Positions 9,880 through 23,632 of a DNA stretch of 64,000 nt are shown piece after piece. The first letter of the stretch is position 1; the number at the start of each line of letters is the position of its first letter. The stretch comes from Narcine bancroftii. Lineage: Eukaryota. Position numbers and translations under genes: made by a program. Where the stretch lies: assembly GCF_036971445.1 (NCBI RefSeq), contig NC_091472.1, positions 109,988,001 to 110,052,000 on the forward strand, in the 5' to 3' direction. The notes below the pieces were generated by a model that did no database searches, was not told the DNA's origin, and worked only from the letters and a program-made list of their open reading frames with translations.

Positions 9880-12800
9880 TTTCACTTAATTATCTATCAT
9901 TTTCTAATCTCCTTTAAGTCTCATGAACCTTGCGCATTTGTCATTTGCTCTTTGTCCAAGACAAATAAATCACATATTTCCATTTCATCTTACAAGTTTT
10001 TAACTCCTTAAGACAATAAGATGTCGGAGCAGAATTAGGTCATTTGACCCATAGAGTCTGCTCCATTATTCAAATCATGGCTGATGTATATACTTACTCT
10101 CAACCCCCATCTGCCTTCTCCCCATAACCTTTGAGATTCTGACTCATGCGACCTGAGCCACATTTCAATTCTGCAACAGTTTTCTATCCTGAATAAATTT
10201 GCTTGGTCCATTGATTCTGCTTGCCGTTTCGGCCCAATTCACAGTAGTAAAGTGCTCTGAAATGATCCTGAGAACATGGGTGCTTGCTTTACATATGCAT
10301 ATATTCTTTGGTTTTACATCAATTCAGAGACATGTTATTCTGGCATCAAATGTCAGTGTGCACCAAACTTCTTAAATGTCAGCCCATTTCACATGACTAA
10401 CAAGGATTACCAAAACACTGTGAAAATAATAATCATGCTATAATCAGTTCAAATCTACTGAAGTGTACAGCTAATAGTTCATTCATGGGAAACAACATAC
10501 CTAATAAATAATCTCCCAATAAAATCTGAGAGTACACTCTACACAGATTTGTCCCATGGTAAAAACATTAAAATGCTGTAGGAAATCAGCAGGTTTCATA
10601 ACATTGTAGGAGGTAAAGATATATAACCAATGTTTTTAGCGTCTCTCAATCTTTATAGTCGCATTCTATGCATGACATGAATAATGTCACAAGATTGTTT
10701 GCAATGATAATACTACAAGGAGAAAGCTAGATCTCAAAGCAAGCGCAAGCCAGATTTTTTTTGTCTTATTGAAAAGCAGTGATATTTTCACATCAGCAGA
10801 AAACCTTCTGTTATTCAGAACATCAAACAATGCAGCACAGGAACAGGCTATTCAGCCCATGATGTCTGAGCCAAACAGGCTGCCAAATTAAACAAAACCT
10901 CTTCTGCCTGTATCTGATGGATATCCCCCCACCATGCTGCACATATTCATGAATCTATCGAGAAGTCTCCTGAATGCTAATATATGGTTCCCTGTTAACA
11001 TTCAAGAAATTTATTTTCCAAAATAATTAAAATTCCAAATTCTTGCAACTATTTCCCTCAAACAGGACCAAATTGAAAAGCCTGACAATACTCCTCCACA
11101 AGAATATTGCAAATTGTATAAGGTTAACTATTACCATGGAAATACACTGAGATGAGCTGATGAATTATCTTGCTGGAGAAGGAATCTAGGTGGAGAATTG
11201 ATATGAAATTTGGAGCAAGTCTTTTTGTGCAGTTTTACAATTTATGTAGCATAAACAGCCAAAAAAATATTAACTCCATTTTGATGTACTGAATTAATTT
11301 TTAGAAAATAATTTCAAAGGTAATAATTGCTATTTTATTGTTGTTATTTCAATTTAAACTATTTGCCTTCATTACTTAAAGCATATTTCTGACTCATTTT
11401 AACTGGTATGATGTGCAATGACACACTCCATTCAATACCAAATCTCAGTAGTGTTGTTTCCAATTAGGTTTCTATGACCTTGTATATTTTTAAAAGCAGT
11501 TCATTCACCTGACAGTAACTATTAACATTTATGGGAGTGTATTTACTAAATAGAGCCAAAAAATTGGCACATCAGATGAATGCAGTGCTCATCAATTATG
11601 TAGGTGTGTGTCAAAATGTCAACAGCTCATCCCTATTCTTCAATTGAAATCATTTTAGTTCTTTTGTTGCGAGTGATTTAATGCAAGAAATAATATTAGA
11701 TTAATTCTTCACTATGGTGAAAAGTTCAAAATAAAATGTACAGTAAGGCAAAACTATTTACTATACCCATCGCCACATAATACTCCCTATTCCAGTGGTT
11801 GATCATTACATGGTCAATATTTACAATCTTGTAAAATTGGCTTGGAATGCTTAAGCCATTTATTTGTTTCTCTGGAAATAGAATTAAATATTCTTGTGTT
11901 AAGTTCAAGATGAGTCTCACACACAATTTCTATAGGGAATCCTCATGCATCCCACACAACCTCTCCTGCAGAGATACCTAATTCAGAGCCAGATCAATTC
12001 ATAACCACAAACAGAGAAGCAAACACAAAATATAACTCACATTCCTGTTGAGAAGATGAAGTGAAAACAGTTTAACATTGTGAGTTAGATGACTGAAGTC
12101 TGTTCCTCATGCCAAATTGTGCTGGAACAATAAACTTTTATTTTTGAAAGAGGTTCATTCTGAATCTAAGCTACTGCAGGGTCATCTAACTGCAAAAGCT
12201 ATTGTATTCCTCCACTCTGTGGAGTGTATTTTATTCCTCTACGATTTCACCCTCTGACCTTGAGAAGATTGAGCAAAATCAATCATTTTGGGTCATTCTG
12301 GGACAATCTGGCATGGGTGCAACTCTGCAAGAAATGTAAGAATGTGGTTATCAGGAGAAGTTTGATTTCAGAAATATTTTTTGGGTTAGATGCGCACATG
12401 ATTGGCGAAACCAAGACTTTGGAATTGTCTCGCTCCTTTTTTACTGTCCACAAGGATAACACAACTGTGATCAGTTGTTCATCATGTAGGAATGAATCAG
12501 TTTAAATACACTTTATCTCAGTATTAGAGATCTAGTTCATATCATGACCATATCATTTTTCTAATTGTTGCCATATCATATCCCCTTCCAGGGTAGAATT
12601 TTGCCCATTGATGTGTACAATGACACACTTCTCACATTTGCCTCATTGAATATGGAATTGTAATAATTTCATCTGCAAATTTCTGATACAGATTTTTAAA
12701 AGTGAAAGATGACCGGGAATGTTCCTGCAATTTTCAAAAATGAACTCCATCTGTAACACCATATTTTACTTCAATCCTTTTCGATTAGAATTTGGATGCA

Positions 12801-13339
12801 GAAGGTATATCCATGGGAACGGGTTTTCAAATTTCAATAATCCCTTATCTTGTTAAAAAGCACATTCTGTTGGCAATAAACCAATCCTATCTCAATGCTT
12901 ATTTTGTAATGTGATATTTCTTGTACTCAGCCAGCCTTCAAGAGAATTATTAACAATGGCTGAACAAATTTATATCCCACACAAGTGAAAATCGTCATGT
13001 AACGTACCGTATTTACAAGAGTATTAATTATTTTCCAATTATTTATTCTGAATCTAAGCTACTGCAGGTACACCTAGCTGCAAAAGCTTTTGTCTTCTTC
13101 CACTCTGTAGTATGTATCCTATTCCTCTACGTTTTCCTCTAAGGTCCTGTAAACTGCATTTCCTTGTAAATCCACTCGTAAATAAGAGCTGTTATATTGT
13201 CAAAGTGTAATGTTATTATTTGAACAAAAATGTCACAATATAATGCTTTGTTAATTATTTTTAAAATTTTATTTTCAACCACACAGTACTGATGTGTAAA
13301 TCACCTAAAATTGTAAAATATATGGGAAGTAGTTGAGGC

Positions 13340-13510
13340 CGTTTCCTGTCAATATTTAAGTGTAGGTTAGATTTGGCCCTTGTCACCAAGGGGATTAGGG
13401 GGTATGGGGAGAAGGCAGGAACCAGGTACTGATCAGCCACGATCATAATGAATGGCAGTGTAGGCTTGAAGGGCCAAATGGCCTACTCCTGCACCTATTT
13501 TCTATGTTTC
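13340..13510 (+). mobile_element. CR1 LINE 3' tail
   Basis: GATCAGCCACGATCATAATGAATGGC...GAAGGGCCAAATGGCCTACTCCTGC followed by TTCTATG tail repeats. Confidence 0.7.
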
Positions 13511-14954
13511 TTTTTTTTCTATATTACCATCATATGGTTTTCAATAATATTAATTATGATAAATAACAATGAGTATTAATAGAAATCTGTGAAATTGTAA
13601 ATGCATTTTCTAGACAATATGATGCATTGGGCTTCTTTACCATTACATAGACAGACCTTGAATGCATATTTAAAGTTAGCATGGTGATATTATTAGTTGA
13701 GGCTATGGATTGTATGGGCAGGAAGATTGCCTGATTAAGTTGGGCAGGGAGAGCGAATATCAGGCAAGGCTGGAGGTTAGGGTTGCAGAATTTCATGTCT
13801 TTGGCCCTGCAGCTTCCCTGTGCACTCCAGAGGAGCTGCAAGACCAAAGTGATCAAATCCGGGACTTCAATGAAGGGTAGGGGTTCAAAGAGGGTGGAGG
13901 AAGAGAGTTTACAGTGATTGACAGAATTTTTAATTTCAAAAAATTTAGACCTACAGCATGGTAACATGAGCCTGTGCCACCCATTGACCTGCCACCCTCG
14001 TATTTTCAAAGGTGGGAGAAAACCGGAACACGGGGAGGAAACCCACAGAGACACAGGGGCAAAGGGCAACCCCTTGCAGAAAGCGCCGGATTTCAACCTG
14101 AGTCACTGGCGCTGTAATGGCCCCAGACAAGAGAGATGACTTTGTTCTTGGGTCTGATTCAGATCACGGACCACTTGATGGTTTGGATGGGGACAAGAAT
14201 CGGGGAGGGTCCATTTCCCTCAACCTGATGGATTCAATTCTAAATATGGAGAGTGGCAAGTGATGTCAGATTAAGAGCTCTTTGTGTGAGTGGGTTTTGT
14301 GCAGTTTTTGTGAAGCTGATCACATTTGCAAATGCCCTGATGCTCTCTCCCTTGACCTTGCTTCAGCTGCCAGGTGTCCAGAAGCCAGAGAATCCTGCTC
14401 ATCTGCAGTATCAATATCGAAACAGCTTATCCTTGTTATCATATTTAAAATACCAATGCTTCTGTTGGACATGAGTTAGCATCCTGCATCTTGCCTCAGC
14501 TCAGAAAATTGCTGCAAGCTTTCAGCAGGAGAAATATATCACTGGACAATGAAGATTTCGCTCCCTGAGCACTTTAGGATGTATTTTATGGGTTTGGGGT
14601 TGCTGATCACAAAAATCACTTTAAACTTTTCCTAAAATGTACTGGGGTTTTTTTTTAGCTATAGCCTATTTTTGTGATTTCCTGTCATATTTTAAATCAA
14701 CTTCAAGCAGAAAAACCACGAAGTGCAACGTGTCATTGAAAGTTCATTTTCTGCATTGACACTTGGACATCTTCCCTGCTGATCTTGGTTCGGTCATTGA
14801 TGAACGTGGTGAAAGGTTTCACCAGGAAATTATGACCATGCAAAAACAGTATCAGGGCGTCTGAAATCCATCAATGCTGGCACAAGAGACTGGGGTCAAA
14901 TGAAAATTAGCAGCAAAACATTTTTAGTTCCATTGAACTAACACAATGCGTCAG

Positions 14955-15158
14955 TAGAGTGGGACTATAGATAGACTACAACTCCCAGAAGTCTAGCAAA
15001 TGGGCACAGGACATCATAATGTCATGATGTCATAACGTGGCATGTGTGGTTTTAAAAGAATACGTGCGTGACTTGAGTAAAGGAATTCTGATTTACCTGC
15101 AACTGTGTGTGTCATTATTTCGTGTTCATCAGCCACCACTGCATTTTCAGTGCCTACG
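14955..15158 (+). repeat. Gypsy 5' LTR (left boundary approximate)
   Basis: shares ACAACTCCCA...TTCTGATTTACCTGCAACTGT...GCCACCACTG with 19930-20110. Confidence 0.8.
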
Positions 15159-15160
15159 AT

Positions 15161-15173
15161 TGGTGACCCGGAC
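15161..15173 (+). promoter_or_regulatory. primer-binding site, tRNA-Trp type
   Basis: TGGTGACCCGGAC versus the tRNA-Trp complement TGGTGACCCCGAC, immediately after the 5' LTR. Confidence 0.75.
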
Positions 15174-16868
15174 AGGTCCAAAAGCTCGTTTTGGACCATA
15201 TGGATACTGCAGCTGTTGCTGTAAAGTTACCGCCCTTCTGGATGGTGGAACCAGAGCTGTGGTTTTGACAGGCTGAGGCACAATTTCAACTCAGGAAGAT
15301 CAAGGTGGACATAAATCGCTATTATCACCTCATCAGTGCCTTGGACTAAGCCACTGCCAAGCGAGTCAGTGATGTCCTGTGCAATCCACCACAGAGCGAT
15401 GTGGTGAGCGAATTTACGGCATGTCCCACAGAGAGAGGGCTGACGGACTGTTGCACATGGAGGAGTTGGGTGACTGCGTCCCATCCGAACTAATGGACAA
15501 CATGCTGTTCCTGGCATCCAGCCAACAGCCAGATATGTTATTCACACAGCTCTTCCTGGAGAGGATGCCAGAAGACATTAGACTCTTATTATCGCAGAGT
15601 TCTTTCGAAGACCCCAGGGCAGTAGCTGCAGAAGCAGACATCCTGTGACTGGAAAAAATACACAACGAAGTGTCACAGCTGACTGCACCCACACCTCCGT
15701 GGTTGACACTACTTCCCAAGCCAATGCTCTCAACACACCAGCTCCTACAACGAGGCAACGTCTCAAGTCAGACAGACAGCCTGTCACACAACCTGGTGTT
15801 TTTACCACTGACATTGGAGAGTTAATGCATGTAGGTGCCTGCCACTCTGTGCATTTTCGATAAACTCCTTAGCCAACTGTCATTAATGGCTGCAATGGTT
15901 GACCGAAAATCTATGAGCCTTCTATATGTTTGGGATCTGCTATCCCAACATAAATTTTTGGTGGACACAGAATCGAAGGTTAATGTTTTTCCAACAACCG
16001 GTTTTGATACATATTAACCTACCCCTAACCTCCAACTTACAGCAGTCAATAGCTCCAACACACCCACTTATGGCACCAAAAATAAGAATGTTCAGTTCAA
16101 GGGGAACATTTACACATGGCGTTTTATTATAGCGGCAGTGCCATGACTGCTACTCGGGGCCGATTTCCTTTGAGCTCATTCATCATGGTGGATTTAAAAG
16201 GGCTTTGGCTGGTGGATAGTACCACCTTTCAAACCATTCGCATGGCAGTATCACATATTCCTGCACTATTTTTTTAAGCCTGTTGATAAGTTCTCCAGAC
16301 TTGTAGAAGAGTTTCCCAAAATTACAACTCTGCAGTTTTCAACCCGCACCGCAAAACATGAAGTAGCTCACCATATTTATACCAAGGGCCCTCCCATTCA
16401 GGCTGAGGCGCATCACTTGCCTCCGGAGACACTGCAATTAGCTAAACAAGAATTCCACAAAATGGAAGAGCTGGGGATAATTCGCAGGTCTGAGAGCCCA
16501 TGGGCATCTCCAATACATTTAGTCTAAAAACACACTGGAGGGTGGAGACCTCATGGAGATCATAGACGACTCAATGAACCACTATACCAGATCATTACCC
16601 TATTCCCCATATTCAAGAATTTTCAGTAAATCTGCATGGACCAAAAATCTTTTAAAAGTGGACTTGGTGCATGGATATCTCCTGGTGCCAGTGGAACCAG
16701 ACAACATCCCAAAAATGGCAATAATTACCCCTTTCAGATTTTTTGAATTTTTACATGTGCTTTTTGGGTTAAAAAATGCAGCAGAGACCTTTCAGCAAGT
16801 TATAGATGCAGTAGGGCATGGGATGGCCAACACCTTTATTTATCTAGATGACATATTAGTCGCCAGCA

Positions 16869-17545
16869 TGTTACAAGTCCAGAGGATGCCAAAATCTAGC
16901 AGCAATAAATATTCACTGAGACAAATGCTTACTTAAACAAAAGTTGCTTTTCATTATCTTTAAACATGAAAACAGGATCAAACTTTATCTTATCACTATT
17001 AACCTAACCTAACATAACTCCCTTCGAATTCTAAGTGCACATGTATGTAATGTGTATAGAAGTTCAGAAAAGTTCTTTAATTCGCAGTCCAATCTCACTT
17101 CTCATTCCTCCAAGTTCACTGGTTGCGGGGAATTCTTATACTGTGCACAGAATTTAACATTTATGAAGTTCACCAGGCTTTGGTGTTTGAAAGGTAAATG
17201 ATTACCGCTCAGGAAGGTTCTTGTCAGTTTTCAGAAAGAGTTTTGTTGTTCCTGGACACAAACTGATCCCTTTTATCAGCCACCAGGTTAGTGTCTTGCC
17301 GAAGAAACTTGCCCCATCAGGGTTCTGCAGATGATAACCTCTTTCTTTCAAGTCACCAAAGAGTTCCTTTTTGTTTCTCTTATTCCAAGTGAAACATTAG
17401 GCAGCCAGTCCTCTCCTCTTGTATGGACCACAAGGGCTTTGACCAGGCTGAACTAAGGACTCACAACCCATCTTCAAAATAGGGTTTTTCCACAAGCTTG
17501 CCAGCTTGTCAGGTTCCAGCCCCAGCTGCTACTGCTGAACTAAAT

Positions 17546-17577
<32 letters not shown>

Positions 17578-17946
17578 TCTCTTTCTCTCTCTCACTCACT
17601 CTCTCTCTCAGAGAAAAGCCTGTTTGACTCTCTCTGCTTGCAAAACCACATGGCCTTCTTAGAATAGCAACCTCCACTCAGACAGACTGCGGCTCCAGAA
17701 CCTAATCCTTCGAGTTCTTTCATCTGTTGCTTTTCAAAACTATCCATTAGTTAAGTTCCTTGGGCACTCTCCGAAGTTTTTACAAAGGTATTTGTAGCTG
17801 GCCTGTCTAGCTTGAGCAGAGCTCCAGTATTTTAAATGAGATCTGTTTTAAAGTGTTTGTCTGTGACCTACACTAAAAAACCTGCCACAATTTATCTCCC
17901 AAAATCATATCTATATACAATATAAAACACAACATATTCTGCCACC
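16869..17946. mobile_element. 1078-bp insertion, probably a solo LTR, inside the Gypsy RT; contains (CT)n
   Basis: starts TGTTACA and ends TGCCACC; flanked by AGCA/AGAA; removing it restores YLDDILVAS-KTKKEHMEHL in frame. Confidence 0.8.
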
Positions 17947-19929
17947 AGAAAAACTAAAAAAGAACACATGGAACATCTGCATACACTCTTTAGAAGTCTG
18001 CAAGAATTTGGACTGACCATCAATCCAGATAAATGTGCTTTCAGACAACAGTCCATAGAATTCCTGAGGCATACAATTATCGACAAGGGCGTGGTTCCGC
18101 TGTCTTCCAAGATTGACACCATTACTGAATATTCCAGACCAACCACTGTCAAAGGTCTGCAAGAGTTCTTGGTCATGGTTAATTTTTATCGTCGATTCCT
18201 TCCAGCAGCAGCTCACGTTATGAAACCTCTGTTCAATCTGCTCTCTCTGGTGATGCCAAATCTATTCAGTGGACAGATGGAAGTCAAAATGCTTTCATAA
18301 AGACAAAGCAACTATTAGCTCAAGCAACCATGCTCAGTTATCCAGTCCTAAATGCAGCCACCGCCTTTTCAACAGAAACATCTGATGTGGCCATAGGGGG
18401 GACTCTGAAGCAGTATGTCGATGGATAATGGAAGCTAATGGCATTTTTTAGCTGCCAAGAGGCTGAGAAAAAATACAGCAACTTTGATAAAGAGCTCCCA
18501 GCCATATATTTGTCTATCCATCACTTCCGTTCATCATGTTCACAGACCATAAACCCTTGACCTTCGCATTTTCAAAGGTGTCAGAGCCCAGGTCAGCTTG
18601 ACAACAGTGGCAGTTATCCTTCATTTTTGGAATTCTCTAAAGAATAATGCAAGTGTCTGGAAAAGACATTGTAGTGGCTGATGCATTTTCCCACTCAGTT
18701 AATCTTGAGGTATCAGCTATGGACCATGATATTAACTAACCAGCTCTCACTGCTGCCCAAGCACAAGATGGTGAGATGGAGTCATATCACACCTTGATAA
18801 CCAACCTGCAATGGAAGGATGTGCAAATTGATGCCGAAGGCAAGCTGCTCTTTTGTAACATGTCAACAGGACATCCACAGCCAGTGGTTCCAGCTTTGTG
18901 GAGCCATTATATTTTTGATTCTGTCCATGGTCTTTCTCATCCATCCATCAGATCGACCATTCATCTGATTTCAGACAGATTTGTTTGGCTGGTCTGAAGA
19001 AAGATATCACGCAAATGGCCAGGTCTTGTGTAGCTTGTCAAAAAGTCAAAATCCATCGGCATATGAAAGCACTGCTACAACCCTTCCCACTTGCCACTTC
19101 GAGCATGTCCACATGTATATTGTGGGACCAATTCCAGTTTCACGAGGCTACTGCTATCTCTTCACAGTGATCAATAGATTTACGAGATGGCCTGAGGCAG
19201 TCTCCATGGCAGATGCTTCTACGGACTCTTGCGCACGAGCATTCCTTAATTCCTGGGTGGCTCGCTTTGGCTTACCAGTGCACATCACTTCTGACAGAGG
19301 GCCTCAATTTATATCTTCATTTTGGATGGCCTTATCTCAGCTGCTTGGCTCTAGGCTTCATCATACAAGCGCCTATCATCCGCAGTCAAATGGGATGGTT
19401 GAACGATTCTATCATCACCTTAAATCAGCCTTAATAGCTCATTTGCAGGGTCCCAACTGGGCAGACGAATTACCATGGGTGTTTCTCAGCATTAGGACAA
19501 CTCCAAAAGAGGATCTTCACACTTCATCTGCAGAGCTTGTATACGGCACTCCTTTGATGGTCCCAGGGGAATTAGTTCCACACGGATCCAGTAAAGATAA
19601 AGATTACAAAAAGCTGCTCAGCAGACTAAGGGATACCCTAGGCAAATTATTCCTTGTACCACCATCATCATATGGCAAACATGTTTCTTTTGTACTAATA
19701 AACAGAAGGACTGTGAATACATGTTCATACATAGAGGAACACATGGACAACCTTTGCAAGTAACATACAGGGTGATAAGACAAACGCAGTCAACCAGCAT
19801 CTTGGTCATTGTCGGGCAGCCTCTGTCATTCACAACTGACAAGTTCAAACCTGCCCATGTTGACAAAACTGCCCCAATTCAACAGACAGTGTCTGACACA
19901 GGGGTCAGCAGTGCCTGTTCTGGGTGGGG

Positions 19930-20110
19930 TGTATGGGGGAGAAAGACGACAACTCCCATAAGTCTAGAAAACCAGCACAGGACGTTGTAATGCCATGATG
20001 TCATGATGTGGCGCGTGTGGTTCAGTGTGTGACTCGAATAAACGAGTTCTGATTTACCTGCAACTGTCTGTGTCATTATTTTACATTCATTGGCCACCAC
20101 TGTATTTTAA
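19930..20110 (+). repeat. Gypsy 3' LTR preceded by a G-rich polypurine-like tract
   Basis: GGGTGGGG at 19922-19929; AATAAA inside; similar to the 5' LTR. Confidence 0.8.
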
Positions 20111-20966
20111 GTTGGTGCATCAACATTATTATGTGATTAAACATGCTAAATTTAATAAAAGTTCATTTAATGTTTCTCCATCTTCCTTTGTGATACCCCA
20201 AATTATCTTTGTGTTCAGTTTGAACTTGTCTATCATCATACGGATTTCTTTTCAGAAAGCAAACTTTTTGAAAAAAAGTCATCCATTTTATTTATCCCAT
20301 TTTAACCAATGCCACACTTCATCCCAGGTTAATATTTCATCCCATGTATTTTGCACATATTGGAAAATTACAAAATTCAATGTACGATTTTGCCAATTTT
20401 TTTTCACATTGTTATTCACCTTTAACACAAGCGAAAGCCTGCTTTAACATCTAAAATTACATATGCATTGTAAGATAATTTTTTGTTTATTTAAGTGATG
20501 TTGACTGGAGGTTGAAAGAATTTTCCAGTTTTTAAAAACTTATTTTATGACATCGTAATGTTAAGATCTTGCAGTATTGGGTGTATTGACTTTCACTTTG
20601 CTTCTTCTTTTAGAGTCAGTAAATTTAGAGTCAGTAAATTTAGAATTGAGTGTGCTTTCTCTTTGGAAAACAAAAAGATTTGATGCCTGTGACCCAAAAC
20701 TTGAAGCCATTTTAGATTTGACTTATGTCCAACCAGGTACTTGAAATTTATTGGATCACACAGGAAATTATTGTTGTCCCTCCTCCAACTCATCCCCAAC
20801 TGCCATTTCCTATTTCCAGCATGTTGCAGATTTCCATTTGTTTGAGTTTCCCAGCATAGGAGCATGCATGGACACTATCCATTCACAGGCACTGATTTGT
20901 TAAACCTTGAAAAAAGCAGTTCATTCCATAAGTGCCCTGACATCCAATTCCAAGGGAAGATAGAAA

Positions 20967-22593
20967 GAACCAGATACTCACCAGCTATGGCAGGGCTTGC
21001 AGCTCCTTACATCCTACAAGGGGAAGCCTAACATCATAAAATGATGTGTTGCTTCACTACCCGATGAGCTGAGCACCTTATCCTCATTTTGAAAAGGAGA
21101 GTTCAACAGTATCATTAAGAATCCGTTGAGAAACTAGCAACCCTGTGATATCTGTCTCTGAGGCTAACCTCACAATATTTTTCAAGAGGGTGAACCCTCA
21201 CAAGGCTTCAGACCCCAATGGCATACCTGGCAGAGTACTGAAAATCTGTGCCAACCAACGAGCTGGAGGTTCATTGATGCTTTCAATCTCTCATTGCTGC
21301 AGTCGGAGGTTTCCATCTGCTTCAAAAGGGTATTGACCAGACTGGTACACAAGAAGAGCAGAGCAAGCTGCCTCGATGAGGATTGGCAAATAGCCTCACA
21401 TCTACTATGATGGAATGCTTTGAGAGGGTGGTCATAGCCAGAATTAACTCACACCTAATTAAGTCACTGGAATTTGCTTACTCCACAATCATTCCAGAGC
21501 AGATTAAATCTCACTGGCACTCTACTCAACCCTGGATCACCTAGACAACAGCAACACAAACACAAGGCTGTTTTTCATCGACGACAGCTCAGCTTTCAAC
21601 ATGATCATATCCTCAGTACTGGTCAGCAAGCTTCAAGACCTGGGCCCCTGCACCTCTCTCTCTCCAACTGGATCCTTAACTTCCTCATCAGAAGACCACA
21701 GTTCGGATGAGTTATAAATGTTTTCTCCTCACTATCAATCAACCCAAGAGCACCTCAAGGATGTGTGCTTAGCTCACTGCTCTAGTTACTCTACACCCAT
21801 GTCTGTGCAGGTAGATACAATTCAAATAGTATCTACAAATTGACCAATGATACCATGGTTGTCAGATGAATCACAGATGGCAATGAGGAAGCTGATAGGA
21901 CTGAGATAGATCAGCGGTTGAGAGGTGTCGCAACCATCTTTCACTCAGCATTAGCAAAACTAAGGAACTGATTGTGGACCTCAGGAGGGGGAAATCAGGA
22001 GAACATAAACCAGTGCTCATTGAAGGGTCAGCAGTGGAAGGGTTTGGTAACTTCAACTTCCTGTATAATAACATCTCTGAAGATCCATCCTGGGACCTCC
22101 AGGTGAATTAGGCTCACTAGTGACTCTACTTCATGAGGATATTGAGATTTAATTTTCCACCCCAAAGATTGTTGCAAATTTCCACAGGTGAGGATTCGGA
22201 CTGGTTGCACCACTGATGGTATGGAGGTGCCAATGTACAGGACAAGCTTACAGAGAGTTGTGAACTTGACCAGCTCATCATGGGCATCGCTCCATTAGTG
22301 ACATCTTCATGAGGTGATGTCTCAAGAAATCAGCTTCAATGCCCAGATCATGCCCTCTTCTCACTGCTGTCATCAGGAAAGGGGTACAGAAGCCTGATGA
22401 ATACCCAACAGTACAAAAACAGCTTCTTCCTGCCTTGTGAATGGATGAATCATAGACGCTAACTCACCTTCCTCTTCTTTTGCACTAATTTATTATTTTT
22501 TTTAAAGTTAAACTTTTAGCAATTTTTGCACCTGTAATAATGCCACAAAACCATAAATTTTGTGACGGGTTCATGACAATAAATTTTGATTCT
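20967..22593 (+). mobile_element. Rex1/Babar LINE, 5'-truncated, degraded RT
   Basis: FKRVNPHKASDPNGIPGRVLKICANQ, NWILNFLIRRPQ and SKTKELIVD motifs; 3' AATAAA...GATTCT tail. Confidence 0.85.
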
Positions 22594-23632
22594 TTTGATT
22601 TTTGAAGGTTGTTGTATCTGGAAATTATGTTTTCCAGGAGGCTCTTCAGATGTCAAGAATGAGGGACAAACCTTTAGGTTGCAGCTATATTATTAGATGG
22701 TCATCATCGTAAAGGTTAGACAGGATCAGACTGAGTGGCTGCCATAAGTAACCAGGCAAGAAACTAACAAAGGAACTGACCAGGTATACCTTTATTCCTG
22801 AATTGGTTTAGGTAAGAAATCTGGTGAATAGATACTGACAGCTTCAGTTACAAGTTATGAAAAAATTGAAGACAATTTGAGAATTACATAAACATTGAAG
22901 CAAATGTAAAGAAATCTAAAATTAGAATCCTTCTGTCCTCTTTCTAGACTAATTATTACCATGGTTTCCTTTAGATTTTCCATTCACTTGTGAGAGGAGT
23001 CAGAGCTTCAATTCCCCTCAACCCATGACATGATGCCCCCAACAAGAAAAAGTCCCCCTGCAGTGCATTATCATTCACATAAAATATGCGCTCAAGTCTC
23101 GAGAATACCTCTTGGCCCAGCAATCCTATGATGTAGGAGCATTCTGTTAAGCACTGAGTAATAGGTGAAAACATGCCACCGCTAAGGGTGAAATTCACAA
23201 GCTCAACCTTGCCCTATTTAACCATCATTTTAAATGATGGCTTCTCACCAATGACCTCATGGTATACCACACAAGATGCACTCATGGTATACCTCATGAT
23301 AGCACTTTCACCAGTGATTCACAAAAGTAAGTTGTAGTTCTCAAGGTATATTTTAGACTGAAGGAGTGAGACATTTTTGCACAGTTTGGAAATCTCATCA
23401 CTTTTAAAGATCAATGTCTTGTTTGTTCTTTCAGGTGGATGTAAAGGATCCACCCTTTTGCTTGTGTAACATTGAAGAATCGCATATGGCTCCCAGAGTG
23501 ACCTATAAAATATTTATCCCACTAGAACATCAGAATCGATTATTTAACAGGTTAACTGAAATTAAGACAAGAACTACATTTCACAGCAGCAGTAAAACAG
23601 GTTAGGCCAGGTGTTAGTTACTTTATTTACCC

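Larger units (their letters stand above)
14955..20110 (+). mobile_element. Ty3/Gypsy LTR retrotransposon, near full length, degraded
   Basis: two similar LTRs; PBS; gag from ATG 15200 (AVKLPPFW...PELWF*QAEAQF); protease FLVDT; RT KVDLVHGY...YLDDILVAS; RNase H; integrase HITSDRGPQF...YHPQSNGMVER; many stops and frameshifts. Confidence 0.93.
14540..20290 (+). mobile_element. non-autonomous Chapaev3-like (CMC) DNA transposon, split by a Gypsy insertion (halves about 14540-14954 and 20115-20290)
   Basis: 5' CAC terminus (CACTGGACAA); 14721-14882 translates KCNVSLKVHFLH*HLDIFPADLGSVIDERGERFHQEIMTMQKQYQG, the Chapaev3-type transposase C-terminal motif; continuation beyond the 3' LTR is inferred. 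Confidence 0.6.

Noticed and set aside
20611-20645. 15-bp tandem repeat TAGAGTCAGTAAATT; also CTCATGGTATACC twice near 23256-23293
   Set aside because: Ordinary slippage duplications with no further structure.
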